Source of the DNA: Verrucomicrobiia bacterium
Lineage (GTDB): Bacteria; Verrucomicrobiota; Verrucomicrobiia; Limisphaerales; UBA1319
Length of the DNA stretch: 64,000 bases
Reading direction: 5' to 3'
NCBI GenBank assembly: GCA_963664225.1
Contig: OY760937.1
Span: 2,656,001 to 2,720,000, forward strand
The position numbers and the translations under genes are program-made. Each line of letters begins with the position of its first letter. Position 1 is the first letter of the stretch. Under the pieces are notes generated by a model, which was not told the origin of the DNA, did not search any database, and was given only the letters and a program-made list of their open reading frames with translations. This document shows positions 1 through 9,007 of this stretch, in pieces.

Positions 1-396
1 CTGGGCGGAGATGATCCAGTTGACCAGGTTGCCGATGGAGACAACGCCGACCACCCGCTCCTCTTCGACCACAGGCAAATGACGCACGCGGTTGTCATTC
101 ATCAGGCGCATGCATTCCTGCACCGTGTGCCGGGGCGTGACCGTGACCAGGCTGGTGGTCATGATCTCGCGAACGAGCGTTTCCTTTGAAGATTTGCCTT
201 TGATGGCGATCTTGCGGGTGTAATCGCGCTCTGAAAGCATCCCCACCAGCGCACCGTTCTCCATGACCAGCACCGCGCCGAGATTCTTTTCCGCCATGAG
301 GCGGATGGCTTCAAACACGGTTTGGTCAGGGGTGACACTCCACACGTCGTGTCCCTTGAGCCCGAGCACCGCATCGATTGTTCCGTTTGGATTCAT
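1..396 (-). CDS. CBS domain-containing protein (3' end runs off the window)
   Basis: Manual translation from ATG 396: MNPNGTIDAVLGLKGHDVWSVTPDQTVFEAIRLMAEKNLGAVLV...GMLSERDY...MNDNRVRHLPVV, a typical tandem CBS pair. Not in the ORF track because it is truncated. Confidence 0.9.
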   Translation of the reverse strand, partial: MNPNGTIDAVLGLKGHDVWSVTPDQTVFEAIRLMAEKNLGAVLVMENGALVGMLSERDYTRKIAIKGKSSKETLVREIMTTSLVTVTPRHTVQECMRLMNDNRVRHLPVVEEERVVGVVSIGNLVNWIISAQ

Positions 397-636
397 AAAT
401 GATCGCTATTTCCAGCCTCACCCCACTTTTCCACACTTGCCTGCGCGCCACGGCACAACCCTCCCGACGAACCCAACTGTGACGCGCGGTATTTTACGAA
501 TTCAAATGTAAACGATCATGGAAGATTTTGCGAATTATTCGACGCCCTGATTCGAGGAAACCCCCTTTTGCTTCATGCGGAACGGTTGTTGTGCCACGGA
601 GAGCTTGCGCAATGGGTTGGGCTTTGCCAAGAATCC

Positions 637-1590
637 ATGCGCATGACGCCATCCAACGGCAACACCGCTCCCGCTCCGGCCTGGATCCGGTTCGCACCAG
701 GTCTGTTGATCCTGGGCTGGTGGCTTTATGACCTCCAGTATCAGTGGCGCGCGCTGGTGGATTACCAATACGGATACATGGTCGCTGTGCTGGCGGCCTA
801 TCTGGTATGGGAACGGATGCCCGCCCGTCCGCTTGAGGACGAACCCGCTCCGGCGTGGCTGTCTGGCAGCCTGGTGTTTCTGGGCGCGCCGCTGGTCCTG
901 TTCGCGGAGCTTTACAAACGGGGGGTGGCCCCCACGCCCATGGCCAGTTTCATGCTGAGCATCGGGTGCGTACTTTTCATGAGCGCGTTTTTGCTGGCGG
1001 GCTTTGGGCGGCGAACCTGGTGGCATTTCTTCTTTCCGTTAATGTTCATGTTTGTGGCGGTGCCCCTGCCGAATTTCCTGTGGTCGCCGGTGGTCAACAC
1101 CCTGCGTGGCGGCATCACCACGATGGATGTGGAAACCCTCAAGCTGCTGGGAGTGCCCGCCGTGCAATTGGGCAACGTGATCCGGCTGCCAACCTGCGAG
1201 GTGGGTGTGGATGAAGCGTGCAGCGGCGTACGCAGTCTGCAATCCAGCATCATGGCGGCGTTATTCATTGGAGACCTGGTTTTCCGGCGAACCAGTTCAC
1301 GGGTGTTGTTTCTGGGCGCGGGAATACTGCTGGCTTTGCTGGGGAATTTCCTGCGATCCCTTTACCTGTCCTTTGTGGCGCACCGGCATGGCATCGACGC
1401 CCTTCATAGCGTTCACGATGCGGCGGGTTGGAGCATTCTGGCCTTCACGGCCATCGGCCTGATCCTCTGCGCCTGGGGCGTCACGCGCCTGGAAAGCGGC
1501 CTGGCCGCGCGCGTTGAGGAATTGAAGGCCAAATCGCGCGCCGCAACGAATCCGCCACTGGACAAATCCAGCTCTCCCCCGCTAGTGTAG
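637..1590 (+). CDS. Exosortase/archaeosortase family transpeptidase
   Basis: Multi-TM protein with VDEACSGVRSL (catalytic Cys), GNFLR (Arg) and VHD (His) motifs. Start could be 637 or 643. Confidence 0.88.
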   Translation: MRMTPSNGNTAPAPAWIRFAPGLLILGWWLYDLQYQWRALVDYQYGYMVAVLAAYLVWERMPARPLEDEPAPAWLSGSLVFLGAPLVLFAELYKRGVAPTPMASFMLSIGCVLFMSAFLLAGFGRRTWWHFFFPLMFMFVAVPLPNFLWSPVVNTLRGGITTMDVETLKLLGVPAVQLGNVIRLPTCEVGVDEACSGVRSLQSSIMAALFIGDLVFRRTSSRVLFLGAGILLALLGNFLRSLYLSFVAHRHGIDALHSVHDAAGWSILAFTAIGLILCAWGVTRLESGLAARVEELKAKSRAATNPPLDKSSSPPLV

Positions 1591-1654
1591 CGCCTGCGGT
1601 GGTAATCGCCGCTTCCCCCCCACAAATGAGAGGTTTGGGGGATGACATTGGACT

Positions 1655-2140
1655 ATGAGCCAGGATTGGTATGTGGCGCACACGCGCCCGCGCTGTGAGA
1701 AGAAACTCGTGCAATATTGCGCGCGTGAGGGCTTTTCCACCACGCTGCCGCTCTACCATGTGCTGCACAAATACCGCGGCAAAACCGTGGAATTCCAAAA
1801 GCCGCTCTTTCCGGGCTATGTGTTCCTGCGCCTTGAAAAACCGGAGCGCCAGAAAGTCTATCAGAGCGATTATGTGGCCAACTTGCTTGAAGTGGTGGAC
1901 CAGGTGCTCTTCGAACATCAGTTAAACGACATTCTTCAAGCCATCGATACCGGCATGGATGTCTGCCTGGCTCCGCAAATCACGGCCGGAGACCGGGTGC
2001 GCATCAAATCCGGCCCGTTGCGTGGCATGGAGGGCCTGGTCGAAAATCGCAAGGGCCAGGTGCAGGTCCTTTTACGACTGGATTTCATCAGTCAGGCGGC
2101 CGCAGTCAGCATGGAAGCGGACAACCTCGAACTGATTTGA
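1655..2140 (+). CDS. NusG-paralog transcription antiterminator (UpxY/LoaP/RfaH-like)
   Basis: WYVAHTRPRCEKK, PLFPGYVF and C-terminal KOW motif GDRVRIKSGPLRGMEG. Confidence 0.9.
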   Translation: MSQDWYVAHTRPRCEKKLVQYCAREGFSTTLPLYHVLHKYRGKTVEFQKPLFPGYVFLRLEKPERQKVYQSDYVANLLEVVDQVLFEHQLNDILQAIDTGMDVCLAPQITAGDRVRIKSGPLRGMEGLVENRKGQVQVLLRLDFISQAAAVSMEADNLELI

Positions 2141-2142
2141 CC

Positions 2143-2160
2143 GGTTTCCCACTGGAAACC
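2143..2160. terminator. Hairpin between convergent genes
   Basis: GGTTTCC-CACT-GGAAACC right after the antiterminator stop; no clear U-tract. Confidence 0.35.
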
Positions 2161-2192
2161 CGTTCCGATCCCTTCATTCCGCCATTCCACAT

Positions 2193-4433
2193 TTATTTGC
2201 GCGCGCGGGGGACGGGAACGACCAGTCCGGCGTCAATGTATTGGCCCCCGCCGGTTTGATGGCAATGGATGGCCATCACATTGCGTCCCGGCTTGAGGGT
2301 GGCGATGGAGGCGGGCGACAGATCGTATTCCTCATAACCGCTGACAAAGCTTGCGGCTTTGACCGCGAGCACGCCATTGAGATAAACCTCCGCATCCTCG
2401 TCGTGGTGCATCTGCAATTCGACCGGACCCAAATTACCAGCGTCCAGTTCAAATTCGCGCCGCAGCCAAATGTCGCTTGTCTTCCACTCGGTGCCCAACA
2501 GCGCGGATGGGGTTTCGGCGGTGCCAAAACCGCCGCGCCCGATCTTCCATTTCGCCGGATTGAAAGTCGGCTCAAACCAATTATCGGCCGGTTTTTCGAA
2601 GGTGTAATGCCAGGAAACCTGTCCATGCTGCGCATTGGGCGCCACCACCTTGAAAATGGGGGTCGTATCCGGAATCTCTCCCCTGTTTGCGGCGGCTGCC
2701 AGCTCGCCATTCACCTTGATCACCGCCCGATCATACGTCATCAACCCATTGCACTCGGTCTCGACATCCGTGGTCTGCGTATAGACGACCGCGCAGAGGC
2801 CGGGATTGTCCTTCAAGGTCCACGCCTTGCTGAGCAAACGGGCATATTGATCGCTGAGTTTGTTTGAATCCGACATGCCCTGATAACCCCAGGTTTGGCG
2901 GGACCATGTATGGCCATCGACCGCGAGGCCCAGGCCGCCAAATTCACCCAAAACCGTCGCGCGACCGGCCTCGGCCGGAGGTGAGCCGGGTCCGGGATAA
3001 TTGTGCATATCGATGACATCGCCGACTTTTTTATCCGTCCATCCACTGGCGTTGTTGACCAGGCGCGAGGGATCGAGGCTCTTGACCCAGCGTGTCAGGC
3101 GCTCCGTGTCGTATTGGCCCCAACCCTCATTGAACACCACCCAAAGGATGATCGAGGGGTGATTTTGACGGCCGGCAATCATGCGGGCGAATTCCGCCTC
3201 GAACTGGCGTTTGGCTTCCGCACTGCCATTGTTGCCGCCGGGCATGTCCTGCCACACCAGGAGACCCAGTTTGTCGCACCAATAATACCAGCGCTCGGGC
3301 TCCACCTTCACATGTTTGCGGGTCATGTTGAAACCCAGTTGCTTGAGAACCTCCAGATCGTAGCGCAGCGCTGCGTCCGTGGGCGCGGTGTAGATGCCAT
3401 CCGGCCAGAAACCCTGGTCGAGCGTTCCCACCTGGAAGAGGAACTCGTCATTAAGCATGAGGCGGTTGATGCCTTGAGCGTCCTTGCGCAACTCGATCTT
3501 TCTCATCCCGAAATAACTGGAAACCGAGTCGATGACCCTGCCCCCCTTTTTCAAACTCAATTTCAAATCATACAAGAAGGGATGCGCGGGCGACCACAGT
3601 TCCAGCTTCTGAAGCGGCAGGGAAAACTCGGCGTTCGCGGGTCCGTGCGCCCGGCCCACCTCCACCCCGTCGGCCAGCGCCACGGCCTCGATTTCAATGT
3701 CCTCGGCCAGGGTCGCGACAGCGCCTTGCACGCGCAGAACCTTTCCCGCCACGTCCGGCACCAACTTCAAATTATCGATGCAGACCTCCGCCACGGGTTC
3801 CAGCCATACGGTTTGCCAGATGCCCGAGGAGGGTGTGTAGAAAATACCTTCCGGCTTGCGGGACTGCTTGCCTCGCGGTTGATCGGCTTCCGTGGGATCC
3901 TGAACCGCCACGACGATCACCTGGGAACCCTCGGGCTTGAGCGCCTGGGTGATGTCCAGACTAAACCCATCGTAACCGCCGCGGTGAACGCCCAACTCCC
4001 GGTCGTTCACGACGACCCTGGCCTGCCAATCGACCGCCCCGAAATGAAGACGGACCCGCTGGCCGGTCCAGGCCTTGGGCACTTCAAAGCTTCGCCGGTA
4101 CCATAACGTGCTTTTCTCGTCAAAGCGCCGCATCACGCCGGAGAGGGCGGATTCGACGGGGAACGGCACCAGAATTTTGCCTTCATACGCCGTGGGTTCG
4201 GAGGCTGGCATCGGGGTGATGGCATAATCCCATAAACCATTGAGATTGAGCCAGTTTTCGCGGACCAATTGCGGGCGGGGATACTCCCGATGCGCGGTTT
4301 CAGGGGTGACCTCCCTGGCCCAACGGGTGACCAACGGCCCTTGCGCGGGCTTCCAATCCGAATCAGCCGCGTTCAGGCAGGCCACTGCGGCAAGACTCAG
4401 GGCCGCACACACAATTCCTGTTTTCATATTCAT
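2193..4433 (-). CDS. Glycoside hydrolase family 2 with signal peptide and C-terminal sugar-binding-like domain
   Basis: YPRPQL, LNGLWDY, LHFGAVD, GTLDQGFWPDG, VFNEGWG (acid/base) and LGEFGG (nucleophile). Signal peptide MNMKTGIVCAALSLAAVACLNA. Confidence 0.9.
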   Translation of the reverse strand: MNMKTGIVCAALSLAAVACLNAADSDWKPAQGPLVTRWAREVTPETAHREYPRPQLVRENWLNLNGLWDYAITPMPASEPTAYEGKILVPFPVESALSGVMRRFDEKSTLWYRRSFEVPKAWTGQRVRLHFGAVDWQARVVVNDRELGVHRGGYDGFSLDITQALKPEGSQVIVVAVQDPTEADQPRGKQSRKPEGIFYTPSSGIWQTVWLEPVAEVCIDNLKLVPDVAGKVLRVQGAVATLAEDIEIEAVALADGVEVGRAHGPANAEFSLPLQKLELWSPAHPFLYDLKLSLKKGGRVIDSVSSYFGMRKIELRKDAQGINRLMLNDEFLFQVGTLDQGFWPDGIYTAPTDAALRYDLEVLKQLGFNMTRKHVKVEPERWYYWCDKLGLLVWQDMPGGNNGSAEAKRQFEAEFARMIAGRQNHPSIILWVVFNEGWGQYDTERLTRWVKSLDPSRLVNNASGWTDKKVGDVIDMHNYPGPGSPPAEAGRATVLGEFGGLGLAVDGHTWSRQTWGYQGMSDSNKLSDQYARLLSKAWTLKDNPGLCAVVYTQTTDVETECNGLMTYDRAVIKVNGELAAAANRGEIPDTTPIFKVVAPNAQHGQVSWHYTFEKPADNWFEPTFNPAKWKIGRGGFGTAETPSALLGTEWKTSDIWLRREFELDAGNLGPVELQMHHDEDAEVYLNGVLAVKAASFVSGYEEYDLSPASIATLKPGRNVMAIHCHQTGGGQYIDAGLVVPVPRARK

Positions 4434-4593
4434 GTAAATGTCTTTTATAAACCCAATGGTATGAGCATGTTGGAATTCCGGTAATCCGGCAAAATGAATG
4501 GGTGAACACCATCGCGCTTTGGTGCGCCGGGATGAAACGCGCCCATCCGAGTCCCTGCAAATCAATACGGGCTTGTTGCGCTCGAAGCGCGGA

Positions 4594-5442
4594 TCAACGA
4601 TCGAGCTGGTTGACTCGCACCGGATCCACCGTCCATGTTACTTCGTTGTGAGGCTTGTTATCGTTATTCCAGCGCGACCGCCATTTGGAGAGCTTTGGAC
4701 TCACGACTTCAATGCGCAATGGGCCTTCCGCATGACCGTCCGGGCATAGGATATTGGTTCTGCGGCGATGCCTGTTCGAAGGCCATTGATCTGCTTGCGT
4801 GGGATCCATGTTGGCATCCCAGGAACCGTCCGGCGTGCTGTCACCCAGCATGATCATGTTGGCGGGGCTGACCACCATGCTCTCGCTCACATAGGCTTTG
4901 AAAAAGCCGCCGTTCACGTCGCCTCCCAGGCCCAATTGTGGATCGGCGTTTATATTAATACCCCAATCGTTGTAGGCGAGCGTGAAGCGAGAATCGTTCC
5001 TGATGCCATACGGATCCCAGCGTCCATCCGGCCCAGTGGCTCCCAGAGTGCGGTTGACGTTGGTGTTCCAGGCGTTGGTGGCGCCGGCGGCGGGACAAAA
5101 AAAGACGTTTCGGTTGGTGCCGATCTGGGACAACAGGCGGGGCGCCCAAACGACACACACTTGGGGGACGATGGAATAGCATCCTGGATAGTAGCGGTAT
5201 TCCTGCAAATACATCACCGTGCCGATGCCCACCTGACGCAAGTTATTGAGGCAGGAGATGGACTTGCTTTTGGCCTTGGCGCTGGCCAGCGAGGGCAAAA
5301 GCATTCCCGCCAGGATGGCGATGATGGCAATGACCACCAACAGTTCGATCAGGGTGAATCCAGGACGTGCCACAGGACGCTCAAGTCCCTTGCCAGGCGC
5401 GATCGGACGATCACCCGAAGTATTTCCAAACTCGATCTTCAT
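4594..5442 (-). CDS. Prepilin-type N-terminal cleavage/methylation protein with H-X9-DG motif (DUF1559-like)
   Basis: [32 protein letters not shown] and [13 protein letters not shown] (H-X9-DG). Confidence 0.9.
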   Translation of the reverse strand: MKIEFGNTSGDRPIAPGKGLERPVARPGFTLIELLVVIAIIAILAGMLLPSLASAKAKSKSISCLNNLRQVGIGTVMYLQEYRYYPGCYSIVPQVCVVWAPRLLSQIGTNRNVFFCPAAGATNAWNTNVNRTLGATGPDGRWDPYGIRNDSRFTLAYNDWGININADPQLGLGGDVNGGFFKAYVSESMVVSPANMIMLGDSTPDGSWDANMDPTQADQWPSNRHRRRTNILCPDGHAEGPLRIEVVSPKLSKWRSRWNNDNKPHNEVTWTVDPVRVNQLDR

Positions 5443-5679
5443 AACTTTCCTATGTTCTCGCCAAATAAATCGTCAAAAGAATCGTTCCTACAGTACGCCC
5501 TTTTGTGATGGTCGTAAATTAACAATACCCTGGCCAGTTGTATTGTCGCATGAATTGGGGACTGTGCGTTCAAACAACCGGTTCCAGGGCGGCCACATTC
5601 AAGATTTGCTGCAGAAAAGCAGGCTTGCTCCGGGCCAGCGGCTTGCCAGAAGCCCCGCGCGCCCATAGGGTGGAATATT

Positions 5680-6732
5680 ATGGTGAGCGAAGAAAATGTT
5701 CAAAACGCGCTCAAGAGCGTGAAATATCCAGGTTACTCCCGGGACATCGTCTCGTTTGGCCTGGTCCGGGAGATTGAAATCAATGGTCAACGGGTGCGGG
5801 TGTGCCTCCAATTGTCCACTCCAAACCCCGAAGTGGCCCGCCAGCTTCAGGCCGATTGCGAGCAGGCCTTGAAGAAACTGCCTGGAATTGCGGAGGTGGC
5901 CGTCGAGGTCACCGCCCCTGAAACTGCCGCCACACCCGCAGCACGGGCCGGAGATCCCTGGAGCGGCCAGCAGGCCATGCCCGGCATCCGCCGCATTATC
6001 GCCGTGGCCAGCGGCAAAGGCGGCGTGGGCAAATCGACGGTGGCGGTGAACCTCGCCTGCGCTTTGGCCTATATGGGACGCAAGGTCGGTTTGCTGGATT
6101 GCGATATCTATGGTCCCAGCGTTCCCTTGATGATGGGCGTAAACCATCGGCCCACGGTGTCCGATGCGGAAAAGCTCAATCCCCTGGAAAGTCACGGAGT
6201 CAAACTGATGAGCATCGGCTTCCTGCTGGATGGCGATACCCCGGTCATCTGGCGCGGGCCGATGATTGTGAAGACGATCCAGCAATTCCTCGGCGCCGTC
6301 GAATGGGGCGAACTGGATTATTTGCTGGTGGACCTTCCCCCGGGCACTGGCGATGCGCAACTTACGCTTTGCCAGACAGTTCCACTGGACGGCGGAGTCA
6401 TTGTAACCACCCCCCAGGAGGCTTCCCTGGGCGTGGTACGCAAGGGCATGGCCATGTTTTCCAAAGTCAACGTTCCCATCCTGGGCCTCATCGAGAACAT
6501 GAGCTATTTCACCACCCCCGATGGCCAGCGCGTTGAGATTTTCGGCCATGGTGGCGGCAGCCGCGAGGCGGCCCGTCAAAAGGTCGATTTCCTGGGTGAA
6601 ATCCCCATTTTCACTGAAATCCGCGAAGGTGGGGACAGCGGCCTGCCCGTGGCGGTCAGCCAGCCTGACAAACCGCCGGGACAGGCGTTTCGTCAGATTG
6701 CCGAGGCCTTGCGACGCAAATTCAACGATTGA
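5680..6732 (+). CDS. mrp: Mrp/ApbC (NBP35 family) Fe-S cluster carrier ATPase
   Basis: SGKGGVGKST, DCDIYGPS, VIWRGPM, DLPPGTGD, ENMS; N-terminal DUF59-like region. Confidence 0.93.
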   Translation: MVSEENVQNALKSVKYPGYSRDIVSFGLVREIEINGQRVRVCLQLSTPNPEVARQLQADCEQALKKLPGIAEVAVEVTAPETAATPAARAGDPWSGQQAMPGIRRIIAVASGKGGVGKSTVAVNLACALAYMGRKVGLLDCDIYGPSVPLMMGVNHRPTVSDAEKLNPLESHGVKLMSIGFLLDGDTPVIWRGPMIVKTIQQFLGAVEWGELDYLLVDLPPGTGDAQLTLCQTVPLDGGVIVTTPQEASLGVVRKGMAMFSKVNVPILGLIENMSYFTTPDGQRVEIFGHGGGSREAARQKVDFLGEIPIFTEIREGGDSGLPVAVSQPDKPPGQAFRQIAEALRRKFND

Positions 6733-6737
6733 TCTTC

Positions 6738-7085
6738 ATGAGCGATTCTAATACTCCCTCATCCCCCATTCCTGAACCGGTCGCCGGCTTGTGCGAGACG
6801 CGGGTTTGGGATGTTTTACGCACCTGTTACGACCCGGAAATCCCGGTGAACATCGTGGATCTGGGTCTGGTGTATGACGTGGCCATCGAGAACGCCTGCG
6901 TGCGGGTGAAAATGAGCCTTACCGCGGCGGGCTGCCCCATGGCCGGCATGATTGCCGAGAATGCCCGCGCGGCGATTCTGAGCCTTGAAGGTGTGCGCGA
7001 GGCGGATGTGCAGATCGTATGGGACCCGCCGTGGCATCCGAGCATGATCACGGTGGAGGGTAAGAAAACTCTGGGGATGGAATAG
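6738..7085 (+). CDS. SufT/DUF59 Fe-S assembly protein
   Basis: YDPEIPVNIVDLGLVY, LTAAGCPM, VWDPPW. Confidence 0.9.
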   Translation: MSDSNTPSSPIPEPVAGLCETRVWDVLRTCYDPEIPVNIVDLGLVYDVAIENACVRVKMSLTAAGCPMAGMIAENARAAILSLEGVREADVQIVWDPPWHPSMITVEGKKTLGME

Positions 7086-7088
7086 ACT

Positions 7089-7116
7089 GGCCGCCCGCGA
7101 TCAGGGGGCCTTTTTT
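7089..7116 (+). terminator. Rho-independent terminator
   Basis: GC-rich stem GGCCGCCC...GGGGGCC followed by TTTTTT, directly after the SufT-like stop. Confidence 0.6.
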
Positions 7117-7291
7117 GCGTTATTGGGGTTTATGGAAGGTTTTCCATCAGTTTTTTGAATAAACATCTGGGCAAATCGATCCATTATAACGAATACTGTG
7201 TAACCAATGTCCAGTTGAAGTCGTCTCAATTGGTTCAGACTGGCGCGGGGGAAAATTATTATGCCCGCCCGATTTATTACTAAATTTTACA

Positions 7292-9007
7292 ATGAATGGG
7301 TGTCCGCCGAACTTGTCGAACAAGCCCGGTCCGAACCGCTTTTGCGGTGTCCGGGCAGTGCTATTGTGCTGTTTGTGCGCGGTTTTGGCGGTGGGCAGCG
7401 GTTGTACGCGCAAACAATACCAGAAATCCGCGGATAAGGAAGCCTACAAGGCGATCACCCAAAAAAGCGGCTCCGTGTCGAACATGGAGACCAATTTCTC
7501 CATTCAGACCAATGCGTTGGTGAAGCTTCAGGACTTGAAGGTCATCGATAAGGCTGAGGAGGCGATGGGTCCGGAAGGGACCAACGAGGTTGGGGCGCGG
7601 ATTCTCCCGTTGAGCCGAGCCTTGGAAATAGCCGTAAAAAACAGCCGCACCTACCAAAGCCGCAAAGAAAGCCTCTATCTCTCGGCCCTCGATCTCACGC
7701 TGGCACGGCATCGGTTCACACCCATTTTCTCCGGCGGCGCCTCCTCCCGTTACGAAGGCACCAAGGTGCAGGCCCAGGATAACGTCGATAAACTCACGAG
7801 CCAGCAGGACGTGACCGGCCAGGGCAATGTGGGGGTGGACATGCTGTTGCGCAGCGGCGCGCGCATTGCGGTAGATTTCACTAGCGATTTCACGCGGTTT
7901 GTCGTTGGGGACACCAGCGTGGCCACACATTCCCGCCTGGCGGGCACCATTACCCAGCCCCTGCTGCGCAATGGGGGTTACAAGGCCACCATGGAGAATC
8001 TCACCCAGGCCGAGCGCAACCTGCTCTATGCCTTGCGCGATTTTACCCGGTTCCGAAAAGAATACGCCGTGCAGATTGTCACCGCCTATTACGGAGTTTT
8101 GAGCAGCCGCGACCAGGTGCGCAACGCCTATCTGGGCTACAAGGCCTTTAAGAAGACCTCCGACCGGACACGCGCATTCGTGGAGGTGGGGCAGCAGCGG
8201 GTGGCCGATCTCGGTCGTCTGCGCCAGGAGGAAATTAACAATGAGACGACCTGGATCAACGCCATTCGCTCCTATAAGCAGAATCTCGATCAACTCAAAA
8301 TCCTGCTCGGCTTATCCCCGGAGATGAACCTGGCCCTGGACGATCAGGAACTTGAGCGATTAACGATTGTTCATCCGTCGTTGAGCGTGACGGATGCCGT
8401 GCGAATCGCGATGGCCAACCGCCTGGACCTCTACAACCAGAGGAACCAGTTTGAGGATGCCCAGCGCAAAATCGGCCTGGCCGCCAACGGGCTTCTGCCG
8501 GACCTGGACCTTGTGCTCGCGGCCAATGTCGATAGCAAGCCGGGCAGCGGTTTGCCGGAACTGGATTTTAACAAAACCTCCTGGAGCGGGGGCGTGAACC
8601 TGAATCTGCCCCTGGACCGCAAATCCGAGCGGAATACTTACCGCGCCTCCCTGATCAATTATGAACGGTCCCGGCGCGATCTGGAGTTGAAGGTCGATTC
8701 CATCAAACTCGATATTTACGACGGTTGGCGCAATCTCGATCAGGCCCGGCGCAACTATGAAAGCAGCGATTTGGGTGTAGATTTGAGCAAACGCCGTGTC
8801 GAGGAGCAGAACATGCTTTCCGAACTCGGCCGGGCCACTTCTGAAGAGCAGGTCGCGGCCCAGAACAGCTTAACCGATTCACTTAACAAACGTACCAGTG
8901 CTCTCATCAGCCATTACACGAGCAAACTATCGTTGTGGCGGGATTTGGGCATACTGACGATCAAAGACAACGGCCAGTGGGAGGAAATTTCAGATGTTAA
9001 AAAGTAG
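7292..9007 (+). CDS. TolC-family outer membrane efflux protein (probable lipoprotein)
   Basis: Lipobox-like GSGC, ITQPLLRNGG, LLPDLDL, LNLPLDR, helical repeats; first gene of a coupled efflux operon. Confidence 0.85.
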   Translation: MNGCPPNLSNKPGPNRFCGVRAVLLCCLCAVLAVGSGCTRKQYQKSADKEAYKAITQKSGSVSNMETNFSIQTNALVKLQDLKVIDKAEEAMGPEGTNEVGARILPLSRALEIAVKNSRTYQSRKESLYLSALDLTLARHRFTPIFSGGASSRYEGTKVQAQDNVDKLTSQQDVTGQGNVGVDMLLRSGARIAVDFTSDFTRFVVGDTSVATHSRLAGTITQPLLRNGGYKATMENLTQAERNLLYALRDFTRFRKEYAVQIVTAYYGVLSSRDQVRNAYLGYKAFKKTSDRTRAFVEVGQQRVADLGRLRQEEINNETTWINAIRSYKQNLDQLKILLGLSPEMNLALDDQELERLTIVHPSLSVTDAVRIAMANRLDLYNQRNQFEDAQRKIGLAANGLLPDLDLVLAANVDSKPGSGLPELDFNKTSWSGGVNLNLPLDRKSERNTYRASLINYERSRRDLELKVDSIKLDIYDGWRNLDQARRNYESSDLGVDLSKRRVEEQNMLSELGRATSEEQVAAQNSLTDSLNKRTSALISHYTSKLSLWRDLGILTIKDNGQWEEISDVKK

